This document shows, in pieces, positions 25,424 to 36,653 of a stretch of 64,000 bases of DNA. This DNA is from Podarcis vaucheri. Lineage: Eukaryota. Within the stretch, counting starts at the first letter, position 1; each line of letters begins with the position of its first letter. The notes beneath the pieces are model-generated. The model did not search any database. It had not been told where the DNA came from and worked only from the letters and a program-made list of their open reading frames with translations. The DNA is taken from assembly GCA_965113315.1 (NCBI GenBank), contig OZ220365.1. The stretch is one strand, 5' to 3'. The translations under genes were made by a program, and so were the position numbers.

Positions 25424-26209
25424 TTGCGTGTTCAGACCTTTAAACCTCCCCCTTAAATAAATTCAGACTCAAATTTTGGTTTGGTTTTTGGCAGAATTTA
25501 GGCCACAACTTTATTGATTACAGCAAGTGAGTGGTTGCATAGGCTCTGGTTCAACTAGCTCCCTGCACCGTTGCAGGTAGCACTGACCCAGGGCACCAGC
25601 ATAGGTCAACCTAGGGTGAACACCTGGATAAGCGGAAAGCTGGGAACAGGCTATCTCCGCCATCCAAATGCCCCCCTGGACTCAGGCACGGGCAAGAGCC
25701 CCTCACAGGGGTTGACCAAACCATTGAGTCCCTGGATTCCTTTAATGGAATACCCTTCACATAGGGATGGCGAGAGCGTTCTCCCATCCCTATCACCTGA
25801 ACCAGAGCCTATCCGCAACCTTACAAATTGTGATGATTTGCTATGCGGCAGGTGAAACCCAAATGGCAGCAGCCAATCAGCCAAGTGGGAAAAATTCCTC
25901 CTGTGCCCCTGTCCCAACGACAGACGTCACACAATGGCATAGCAAGGTCAAGCGCGCAAGCCCTAAATATAGGGAGAGGTGGGCAGGTGTTCCAAATGCA
26001 CGTGCCAAAAGAGGAAGCTCTGAGTCACGTGCATAGGTATATATAGGTCCCTTGATCTATTTAGCCTGCGTCCCATTGGCCTGATTAAACCCAGCATCAA
26101 GGGACCTACCAATCGGATGTTGTGGCTGTCCAAACGTACCCACCCACAACACAGGGTATGGTTGCCAGGTCTCACCGCAACACGTGCCCTCTTTAAGGGC
26201 GGACCCGAT
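25424..26209 (-). mobile_element. ~785-bp LTR-like element, copy B (class uncertain)
   Basis: Reverse complement of 14379-15162; TATATATA box; AATAAA (TTTATT at ~25510) about 90 bp from its 3' end; no TSD found. Confidence 0.8.
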
Positions 26210-26744
26210 ATCTTTACTCCCAGTCACTAGTGAATTGGGAGACATAGCTTCCTTTTGCTGGCTAAGGCTGGGGGAGGTTTACTGTGGTGGTTGTGGCAGG
26301 CAGTTGTGTTGGTGACAGTGACTCTTTTCTTCTTTTTAAAATACTACTACTGGCAGCTGCAGCCCTTTCTTTTCTTTTAAAAATGCTTACAGCAGTGGTG
26401 ACAGCTGTCGTTCTTTTCAACCAATTTAAAAACGCTGGTTGTGGCAGCACCAGAATCTGGAAGAGAGCTCCAGCTGCTCCCTGAACCTCCTTGAATGCAA
26501 GTGGTGTTCCTCCAATTAAAAAAAGAAAGTCGTTGCCACCACAAGCATGAATTTTAAAGTAAAATAAAAGATGCAGTAGTGCCACAAGCACCAACCCTAA
26601 ACTCCCCCTGCCTGAAACAAGCAGAATTATTTCTCCTCATTCCTTCAGCTCCTCTCAGGCTGCAGAAACACTGCCACCAGATTTGGGCAAAGTGGGATCC
26701 TGAAAGTGAGCCATCTCAGTGTTGGAACATGCCCTTGCCTCAAA

Positions 26745-26944
26745 TGTGGACATTTTTTGCGCTGCGCTGCCATTTCTTGTAGCCTCCCTGGGGCTTTGCC
26801 TGCAGGCTTTTGTGCAGATGGTTTCCAGCAGCTTGTGGTCAGACTGAACCTTCAGAGGCATGCTGAGCGCATACTGACGGAACTCAGTCATGGCGAACGC
26901 AGTTGCCAACAGCTCCTTTCAATTTGAGCATAATTCTTCTCAGC
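26745..26944 (-). pseudogene. Ty3/Gypsy pol RNase H domain fragment (two frameshifts)
   Basis: AEKNYAQIE / KELLATAFAMTEFRQYALSMPLKVQSDHKLLETICT / KPAGKAPGRLQEM matches the Ty3/Gypsy RNase H pattern E.NY.QIEKE.LA...F.QY...V.SDHKPL...KP..KAP.RLQ.M. Confidence 0.85.
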
Positions 26945-29724
26945 CTGCCAGAAGATAAGTGGTGTGGAACCCAAAGATCATCGGAATGGCAGAACAATAA
27001 AAGAGCAAGACAGGGACAACGCATGCAAATCTCCCCTTCCCAGAAGAACCCACTTCCCAGCCTTTCTTCTGTGAACATCCATCCATCTATGAAAATTCCA
27101 TTTCCCTTCAACCTAGGCTAGGCTTTCATCCTGTTCAGCCTCCCAAAGGCTTCTTTTACCCAGCTCTGCTCTATCTATCTCACCCAGTCATTGCTAAGCC
27201 ACCATATGTTGTTGGACTCCCAACTCTACCATCCTCTGGGAAGCGTAGCCAATGGTCAGGGTAGAAGAGAGATTTTGGTTTTTCTAATACAGTTCAAAAA
27301 CACAAACCTTTATTCCTGCAGTCTGAAGTAGTCTGTTCTACCATCTCAAGTCTCTTCAACCCCAGTGAAGCAGAATTAGGTGGATATGTGGTAAATCCAG
27401 CTTTAGTTATGGGTCTGGACAAAAATTCAACTCATGCTGCGGAATTGTTACTGTGTTGAAAGCAGTGGCCAACATCCAAAGGGAGGATTTTGTTGCTAAT
27501 AATTTTCAAACTGATGTTATTCATCCCACTTTCATTGAAATTCTTGGAAATTTAAGCAGCTTTTTACTCCTTGCCAATGGAGGTTCTCTGCATCAAATAT
27601 GATAGGGACCAGATCATAGCAATGTTATAAGAAACATAAATTCTGTGGTTTGAATAGAAACTGCAACATACCTTAGCTACAAAGCTGCTTCAATGGCTCT
27701 GCAATTAATCTCATCACCAACAGAATATTTTCGCCCATTTCCCTTTCACAGAGAAAATATTCATTTTTATCAGAGTTATTAACTGAGGCAATACTTCCAC
27801 TTTCTTTCCGCTTCTCACTCCCTTAAGAGGTTTTTAATGAGTTTTAAAATGAGAAGCATCTGTGTGATTTAGGTGATTAAGTCCTCCCCCACCTCCCCCC
27901 CTTTTTTTTTTGCACAAAGGGCTAATACTAATTCAGGCTGCAACACTGCTTCCATTTCCACCTTGCAAAATGGCTCTATGCCACACTGAAAATGGCTGCA
28001 AATGCATGCGCATCACATGTTCGGTTTCTGCACTGGTGGGAATCACCATGTATAAATGCAAAAAATAACTTCATACAGAGTTTGGACCAAGGACTATTTT
28101 CACATCCATTTTAGTATCATAAGAGGATAGTTATTCATTTATTTACTAGTTGAAATACTTACACCTCATCCACTTAAAAATGGGGAAAAAATATGAAGGG
28201 CTGCTTACACAATCACAAAACAACAGAACAATCACAAATGCAATAAACCTCAGTGTTAAAAATTACATCACATCAACAGAATAGTGGAAAACTAAAGACC
28301 AATTTGCTTCTTGGTCATTGATCACTGTTGTAGATATATCTTCCTAGCCAAGGTCCATGTGGACTAGAGAAGTTGAATAAAACAATTTTTTTGGTTGTTC
28401 GATTGTTTTTAAAAAATACATATCTGATGTGTAGCAGATCTGTAATGGAACAATTTTGTTATTTGGCAGAATTGTACTTTAATTTCTCGCTAACATATTC
28501 CTACATAAACCAAGTGAGCATAAGTGACTCCTTGAAAAGCGGGCTTCAATAATAGTTCTTCCTCCAGAGGTAAAATCAGTCGAATTACCACCCTAATTGA
28601 GAGTTCCTTTGCAATGTGTGGGCAGGAGAATGAAATAAGCAACAGCCTGGTCTTTTCCAAACAAGGGAAGTTTGAAAGGCTATGATTGAAGGTTTATTTC
28701 AGGAAAAACGGCTGCATCAAATTGACAGCCACATGTACTCCTCTCACATAAGGGTGGTTGAATTCTTTGAAATGTCTTCCTCTCTTTTTTGCAATATAAA
28801 TATATTCAGGAGCACTGAGATGAATATAGCTGGCTTCTATCCGTACTCCTAGGGAGAGCAGTTAAGGGGGTATTGAAGCTTGTAAATCTCCCTCTCTGCA
28901 GGAAGGTGGAGAGGAAGGTCAGTGTACAGAGAAAGAGTTGGGAGACAGTGAGGGGGACAATGCTAGCACACTTCTCTGCCTGCTGTGCCCTTTGCAACTT
29001 TACTGTCCCCTATTCAAAACATCTGGAAAGGGGTACTTTTTGTGCATTCTTCCTTTGAATTTGAATCACCCAGCATCATATGACACAAAACGTCTTTGGC
29101 TGCCCCTAGTGGCAGAAATTGATAATTACAAAACTGTGATGTGACTGTTCACCTACTTCTTTTCTTCTCATAATATTGACATTTCAGTGGCATGCATAAA
29201 TGTAATCCATGTGTAACCTGAAAATTTAAAGCTGCCTAATTGCTAAGCTTCCTGGGATGCATTTAATTATACTATTTCAGTTTTATTTTGCCACTGCTAG
29301 GAAGCAGCATGCGAGAGAATGAAAGGTACTGCCAGCAACAAATCCAAAGCTAATATATAGCCTTCGTTTAATTATGCCAAATGAAAGCAGGCTGGCAGCA
29401 GAGTTCCTAATGATTACACTCTGTTTTAATTATCTGTTTTATTTGAAGGCTTAACTGAATCGCCCTCTGCTATATTTGCACTGTGTTATCAGTTGTCACT
29501 GATCCCTAAATCATTTTCCAGGTTAGTGCTACCCATGATAAATTCCTTTAATAGCCCAAAACCCATGGCTGAAAACAAAACAAAACATTTGTTTAATTTA
29601 GACATCCACTGGTCACCACACACCAGTAATTACAGGAGAAGAATGAGTATTCCTCACTCTGCTTCTGGTGACAAAAAACAGAGCACAGTTGAAGTATGGC
29701 TTTGAAAAATAGCAGTATTGTTAA

Positions 29725-29905
29725 CAGGGCTGTATTTTCCCAGGGGTGCAAGGGGGGTGGACTACCCGGGTGCCAAATTCTGGGGGGGGGGGGCGTCACA
29801 GTTTTTGCTGTTCCCCTCCTTAAAAGCTGAACAACTTTGACCTGGCCCTCCCCCCCAAAATAATTAGGGGGCACCCCGGCGGCACATATTCCAAAGACAG
29901 CCCTG
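29725..29905. mobile_element. hAT (Tip100-like) MITE
   Basis: TIR CAGGGCTGT / ACAGCCCTG; TSD ATTGTTAA/GTTGTTAA; G/C-run interior. Confidence 0.85.
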
Positions 29906-30232
29906 GTTGTTAATGCACATACTATATCCCCAAAATTAGTGAGTGTAAGGCTTGCTGTTCAGTTGTAATTGGACACCTTTTCATTTGTTGTTGATGGTGA
30001 AGACCTGGGTCTCTCCAGGCCTAGTCCACTATGCCACGGAGATATTTGGGTGGTGGTTGCAGTGTTTATTATCATGGCACACATGAAGCTTGGTAATAAT
30101 CTGAGTGTGGGAAGAAGCAAATGAACGAAAATAATTAAAAGCTGTGGCAAGCTGTTCATGCACCGAGCTCTATACAAATTCAGAAGTAAAAAATAAACCC
30201 ATGGAAAGTTGTTAATACATGGGTTTCACTAC

Positions 30233-30439
30233 GATTTATTTGCTGCATCCATATCCCACCTTTTTCTCTAAGGAGCGCAAAATGTTGCACATGGTTTTCC
30301 ACCTCCTCATTTAACCTCCACCACAACCCTGTGAGGTAAGTTAGGCTGAGAGGTGATGAATGGCCCAATGTCACCCAGTGAGCTTTGTGGTTGAGTGGGG
30401 ATTTGAACTCTCTGACGCTCTAATCACTATACCATACTG
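30233..30439 (-). mobile_element. Old tRNA-derived CORE/MIR-like SINE
   Basis: Minus strand: CAGTATGGTATAGTGATTAGAGC (A-box-like), GTTCAAATCC (B-box-like), TCAGCCTAACTTACCTCACAGGGTTGTGGTG core, AATAAA-type tail. Confidence 0.75.
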
Positions 30440-30447
30440 ATTCTACA

Positions 30448-30798
30448 GGACGTGGGTGGCGCTGTGGGTTAAACCACTGAGCCTCTTGGGCTTGCCGATC
30501 AGAAGGTTGGCGGTTCGAATCCCCGTGAGGGGGTGAGCTCCCGTTGCTCGGTCCCAGCTCCTGCCCACCTAGCAGTTCGAAAACACATCAAAGTGCAAGT
30601 AGATAAATAGGTACCGCTCCGGCAGGAAGGTAAATGGTGTTTCCGTGCGCTGCTCTGGTTCGCCAGAAGTGGCTTAGTCATGCTGACCACATGACCAAGA
30701 AGCTATACGCCGGCTCCATTGGCCAATAAAGCAAGATGAGCGCTGCAACCCCAGAGTCGGCCATGACTGGACCTAATGGTCAGGGGTCCCTTTACCTT
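30448..30798 (+). mobile_element. Sauria SINE, full length
   Basis: GGACGTGGGTGGCGCTGTGGG head, GGTTCGAATCC B box, CCTTTACCTT tail; TSD TACTGATTCTA(C/T)A. Confidence 0.95.
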
Positions 30799-32190
30799 TA
30801 CTGATTCTATAAGAACAAATAATTTGGAGTTACAAAACCTCGAGAGAAATTTAGATGAGAATTTTTGGGGGGAGAACCATCCCTAAACATATATCGATGG
30901 GATAGAAACTACTCGGGGAGGAAACTTCACAGAAATTGCTTCTTCGGTGTACAAACATTATAAGTAAATGTCTCTAGAATGCAATTCATCCATAGCACTG
31001 TCTCCTCTTAAACCTTGCAACATTCCCCCCTCCTCCTGTTTTGGATGCAGCCCTTGAAACTGAGCAACGGTGCCTTGCCTGAGGCCATGCAGTGGGTTCC
31101 TCTCTGAGGAAGAATTTGAACCAAGCTTTCTGAGGTGCAAATCCAACACTTCCTCCTGCAGACCACATTCTCACTGCAGCATCAGCAACAGATTGCCTCA
31201 GCACACTCCTCAAACACAGCTAGCTGGAGGGATGAGGAACAGCAGGGAATTAGTGTTGCACTGACATTTCAACCAAGGTACATACTTTTGATCTGCCTTA
31301 AATAAAGAAGCTGACCCCATTTTTATCCAGTAAACAAGAGGCCCCTAGTGTTATATTGAAAATCAATCTACTTGTCCAAGCATTTGAACTTGTTTTCTAT
31401 CAGCCTTTTTTGGTGTTTACCATCAAAAAGTTAGCACAACTACAAGGAAAGAGAGCCAAGAGAACAAACAGCCAAAAAGCAAAACAGGTATACAAGAACA
31501 GAGATCCTCCTATGAATTGTCTGGTAGACCAACTCAGTTTCCTCTTCTCCAACATTTGCACGAAGTTCTCCATTTTCAAATGGACACATGAAGCTACCTT
31601 ATGATGCGTTATACCATTGATCTGTTTAATCTAGCACAATTAGCAGCTCGGGTATTTACTCATCTAGAGTAGGACTGAAATTGCTTTTTAAAAAGTGGTT
31701 TTTTGAAATACCAAAAAAATGTTTTTTTGTTCCTTTTCCCCCAGCTGCTCCTGAACTGTTGGGGAATTTCAGTTCTTACCTAGATAATCTTTGGCAAAAT
31801 GACCTCCTTAGTTTCACAACCTCATTTTGGAACTTTTTATTTTTCTTTCCCCCTCGTCCCTCTTACCTCCTGCTTTCTGTAGCATCTTGCCTGGTTAATC
31901 GTTCTGAGGTTTATCTTCTGTGAAAAAAAATATTCTGTGGGTTTGTGTTTTGGGGCTCTGGCTCCACCTCTCTCTTGTACTAAATTTATTTTTGTAATGG
32001 TGCCCTCATGACTTCCACAAAGTTTCAGATATGCCCACAGTCCCCAAAAGGCTGGGGACACCCTGCAGTAATCATTTTGCTTATTTTGTTTCCGAAGTTA
32101 TGAATCAACTTGCAATTGTACAATACCTTAACGAAAAGCTTCCCTGTGAGGTGCACAACAGCACCAACAATGATTAGAAACTGTCAGGTG

Positions 32191-32229
<39 letters not shown>

Positions 32230-33889
32230 GTCTTTCTTCCAGGATCTCTGCACAATGAATAGCCGAGATGCTGAAACAAATATATACATTTCTCCAAAGT
32301 AGAACTAAAACATGTACCATTCACCAGGGGTTCAGTACATTAAAGTAATGGTGGAGGCATTAGCAGCAGTAATTGCAGAATTTTCAGCTTGTGCTTCCCA
32401 ATGAAACCTAGCGCCTACTAGAGCATCCATTAACAAAAAGGAAAAAAACATATCGGAAAGAAGTTTCCTCTTGTGAGCAATTCGATTGCCTGAAAGGCCA
32501 GGCAAGAAGACTTTAGATTAAGCAAAGTAAAATATAAGCAGCTGGTGATTCCTATTACTGCTATCTGAGGCATTAAGATAGAAAGAAACCTAAAAGGATC
32601 AACAGTGTGATAGAAAAGGCTGGACACAAACAGCTAGCTTTCAGGTGGATTAAGGTTCAAAATAGATGTAATGGTGGCAACAGCCATGTATAAAGGAGAT
32701 GTAGGAGTCTAACAGAGGCAAAAATTGGGTGGTGAATAGGATTTTTTCACATGCCGGTCAGATTGTGCAATTAATTAGACACACTAAGTTAAATCAGGGA
32801 GTCCATGAAGTCCATGAAGTGGCTCTGTAGACTCAGCCCCTCCTCTCCAAAATGCTGCATCTTGCATTTGCCAACTTCAATGCCTCTTTTTTCCCTCCCC
32901 TTCTTCCTCCTGCTAAGCAGGAGTGGCTCAACCCCCCCCCCCCCAACTGCCTGCTGCTGGCTTCATTCCCTCAGAGACAGCAACCATGCTTGTAAACTGC
33001 ATCTAACTATGGCTGAAAATAAAAAGTTAGAGATTTTTTTGCTCTCTTTTTTTAAAAAAAAAACACATTAAAACAAAAAACCCTTTAAAGATTTCCTGCA
33101 AAGATCACCCACTTCTGTAAAAACGGAAAGCAAATTTCAAAGCCAATCTTAGATTTCCTATTATAGTCAATGAGGGAGAAAGAGCTTCAGATACAAAGAT
33201 ATGAACCCAAATTATTTGAAAGAAGAAAGGCACAGAAGAAATCTGAAACAGAACCTGCTACTTTCCAACAGTACAGCAACAAGGTGAATACTGTGGTTAT
33301 TACACAGCCCTAATTTATACATCAAAAGTGTTGTGTGCATTACAAATACTTAATCCCTTCTCCTGCATTGTGTCCCCAATTCCATCATCCCATATTGAAT
33401 ATGATAAAAGAACTATTTGAGAATCCCTCAATGGCAAATCCCCACCCCCAGTTTTCTGCATGTAACAGGGTGGACATGGGGCATTTTGCAGCTGTTCTAA
33501 TTTTACTCTCTTTTGGCTATTTTATGTGGTTGTTTTTTCAGCATATTATTCTATGGAGATCTATCAAATATTGAATATATATACCTGTGCGAATGAAACC
33601 CTACACTAACTCCTAGTTTGTGTACCTGACACCAAAGTCAGAGATAATAAGGTACATTCAACAATCATGACAGATAAATATTTGATAGGAATCCATTAAT
33701 CCTATGAGTGCTGCACTTTGGGGAGTTTATATGGAAAAGCCATTAGGGCATCTCGCCAGGTCATTTTTTTCCACATGGCTTAAAACATCTAAGAACTAGA
33801 GATTTACTGTATTTGCATATGGGGCCAGGTTAGATATGTTCCATGACTGTGCTTCTGTAAACTGTGAGTTTTGCCAAATTAATTCTGCC

Positions 33890-33891
<2 letters not shown>

Positions 33892-33920
<29 letters not shown>
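33892..33920. repeat. (TA)n microsatellite
   Basis: Direct tandem repeat. Confidence 0.95.
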
Positions 33921-33923
<3 letters not shown>

Positions 33924-34504
33924 AAGTAATGTGCAGAATTCTTCTTCCTTGTTTGCTCAGTTGCATAATCCTTTGTTTCCTTAAAATCTCAGCTTTAATC
34001 TGTTTTTCACCCTCTTTTTTTTGCCAGTGGATAAAAGGCAATTATTCTTGTTTGCCATCTCAAGCATACCCTGCTAACCAAACAACCACATTTTACTTTG
34101 GGCTAACATAACCTATTGACGTAGGTAAGAATGACACAGCATTTGCCGAAAGAGTTTATGGGGAGAACGCAAATATCGCTGCCGTTTAGACACAGCTGTG
34201 TCTGCACTGAAGCCACTTTCACATGCAGTAACCGTTCACATGAAGTCCTCAGCTACGTGGAATTTCTTCTTTAAACATCCTCAGGTTGGGGTTTCAGGGT
34301 TGGGGATGGGATCAGGCACAGTTGGGGCTTCACACAGTTTGAGCAGAGTTGTTATGTCTTGAAGGGCAGAGACCAAGTAATGTCAGTACAGAAGTCCAGT
34401 CTAAGTAGAGGCTGCCAGACCAAGGTGAGGGGCTACCCCAAATACCCCTGGAAAACCCTTTGCTCCCACGATCAGCAAGACCTCTCCATGAGTGGAAGTA
34501 TTAC

Positions 34505-34732
34505 CAGAGGCGCCAATCTGTGCTGCAGATTGGGGGGGCAGCAGCGTACACTAGTGCTGACACACACGTTGGGAGCAGTTGGGGCCTCCTTCCACAGCAG
34601 CAGGAGGAGGAGCTGGCCACAGAAGCTGCACCACACTTGACTCCTGCCCCCCTGATCATTTGGAACATTTGGCGATGCCCCCCAAAATTTGGGGGGGGGA
34701 CATAGCTCAGCTCCCATGAAATGGTGCCCCGG
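34505..34732. mobile_element. hAT (Tip100-like) non-autonomous element
   Basis: Perfect 8-bp TSD AGTATTAC (34497-34504, 34733-34740); decayed TIR CAGAGGCGCCA / TGGTGCCCCGG. Confidence 0.78.
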
Positions 34733-34925
34733 AGTATTACCTTAGCAGCATATTGAGGCCTTAGAATGACTGGCCAGCTATAAGATGACACAGAACATGG
34801 TGCGATGACAAACATGGGTTTGCTGATCCTATTGAGTCTTCAGTACTCATCTGAATGTGTGTAGTTAAGGAAACACGTGGTACAACATCACAATAGGTAA
34901 AGGTAAAGGACCCCTGGACGGTTAA

Positions 34926-35359
34926 TGTAATAACTGTAGGGGTTACTCGTGCGCAAGTTGGTGCCACTCCTAGCTAGTTTGCCTTGTTAAACCTTTTCTA
35001 TCTGGACAGCCCTACACTTTGTGGCTGTTCAGTCACTGGCAGAATCCATCAGTGGGTGTTTCTTAAACCTTTTCCAGCATAAAAGTTGTTTGACTCCAAG
35101 TCTCCTCCTACTCTCCCTGCGTGGAAGTCTTCTGCGCAGGGAGGGCGTGGGTAGCGGAGGACCCGTGCTCTCCTCGCTGATCTCCGGCGAGGAGTCCTGG
35201 AGCCCCGTCGCCGATTCCCCCATCTGCCCCCCTTTATCCCTGGTGTTATGCTGATTTCCTTCCCCAGCTGGTGAGCCGCCTCTCCCCCTGCTGGGCCCTT
35301 CTCCAGCATCGTTTGAGAGCCTCGCCTCCGCCTCTGGCTCTGATGTCAGTTCCCTGACA
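34926..35359 (-). mobile_element. Solo LTR (Gypsy-like), 434 bp, nested in SINE
   Basis: Minus strand TGTCAGGG...TTACA; 5-bp TSD GTTAA (34921-34925, 35360-35364); CpG-rich. Confidence 0.92.
35029..35358 (-). other. LTR-internal open reading frame, 109 aa, open from LTR base 2
   Basis: VRELTSEPEAEARLSNDAGEGPSRGRGGSPAGEGNQHNTRDKGGQMGESATG...PSLRRRLPRRESRRRLGVKQLLCWKRFKKHPLMDSASD* with no internal stop. Coding status unproven. Confidence 0.45.
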
Positions 35360-35447
35360 GTTAAGTCCAGTCAAACGCAACTATGGGGTTGCGGCGCTCA
35401 TCTTGCTTTCAGGCTGAGGAAGCCGGCGTTTTTCCACAGACAGCTTT

Positions 35448-36653
35448 ATTTCTTTCTTTTTAAAAATAATTTTTATTAAGTTTCCATTCACCAAATCAAA
35501 CATATCATACCAATTAATCCTAATGATAACAATACAAATCATAAAATCCAAATATTTTCCAAATTATAAATTGTTGTGGGGGGTACCCATGCTTCAAGAT
35601 CGGTAGGAGTCCAATCATCTATATTTCTGCTGCTAGGGCGTTACAATGATGTTCCCAGTCCCGTCTTCTCGTCTCCTTGTCGTTACTCATTTGCCTTTTC
35701 AGTCACCTCCGAGTTTTCTCCGCAAGTGGATTGAAAGAAACAGTCTTGTTTATATTTCTGTGTGGACTTTGTAATGCTCTCTCGTAAATCACTCACATAA
35801 ATCCAATAGTCCAGGAATTCTGTTCTAGCAGTCATCGCCATTTTGTTCCATTCGGATGAAATACAGTCTAGATGTCTGCTCATTAACTTTCCCAGACCCG
35901 CTGCATCGTTAATTAGTCTCTCCAGGAGGGTTCTTGCCCTTTCAAATTTACGATCCCATCCTGATAACAGATTGACGGCTCGCCCTCCCTAAGACCATAT
36001 ATCATGCAACGAAGGTCTGCCTTTCCATGTCGGATCTCATTTCTTACTGCGTCACAAAGAGAGCCTCTCTTCTTTCCAAATCTTTCACAGAATAAAACCT
36101 TTCATTCATATTATTTTCCCCCACACAGTTTATTTTTAGTCCCACTTGCATTTGGTCGTTATGGCAGTTCTTCTAAGGGGGAGGGTTGTTAGGTAAATCA
36201 TGTTTAAAAAGTAGAAAGTTTCCCTCCCTTCCGTTCCGTTCCACATACCAATATGTCTGCGATTCTTTGATGTTATCTCTGTTCCTTCCTTCCAATCTTC
36301 ATCATCTCAGTGGTGGAATTATTTAGCAGATAAAACACTCCTGACCTCGCTTGAAGCATGTGCGTTTACTTCTCCAAATTTTTTTCTCTTAAGCAACGCA
36401 ACCAGTTTCGCTCTTGGAAGCAGCGTTGGAGAGTTCCAGAGCCTGCCTGAGGGCTTTCCGCCCAGTGCCTCTCACCCCTTCCTTTTTCCGAACTCGGGGG
36501 TGATTTTTGGCAACCGTGGGCGAGGCAGCATCTCCCCAAAACCCCGGGAAGTCGAGGGAGACTGATTTACTCCCCATAATCAGCCTCTAATTACCTCGTG
36601 CAGGCTGGATAGATGGTATTGTCGGCCATCTTCCAAGGCGCCCCTAGTGGCCC
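35448..36653 (-). mobile_element. 1.2-kb non-autonomous L1-type retroposon, apparently full length
   Basis: 14-bp TSD CCACAGACAGCTTT (35434-35447, 36654-36667); CpG-rich 5' end GGGCCACTAGGGGCGCCTTGGAAGATGGCCGAC; AATAAA and A-rich tail; no RT motifs seen. Confidence 0.82.

Noticed and set aside
25829-25860. Hammerhead-ribozyme-like core GTGATGA-stem-GAAAC (also in copy A, ~14727-14757)
   Set aside because: Conserved C3 is G, stem II lacks a proper closing pair, and no stem I/III with an NUH cleavage site can be formed.
14379-26209. Single 11.8-kb transposon with 785-bp terminal inverted repeats
   Set aside because: No outer TSD, the copies are visibly diverged, and the interior is ordinary genomic DNA with old repeats and no transposase or polymerase.
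25424-26944. Gypsy RNase H fragment plus copy B as one LTR retrotransposon
   Set aside because: Only ~540 bp separate them with no integrase, the RNase H piece looks far more decayed, and copy A has the same boundary without it.
30448-30530. tRNA genes at SINE heads
   Set aside because: A/B boxes run straight into SINE bodies bounded by TSDs; no complete cloverleaf.
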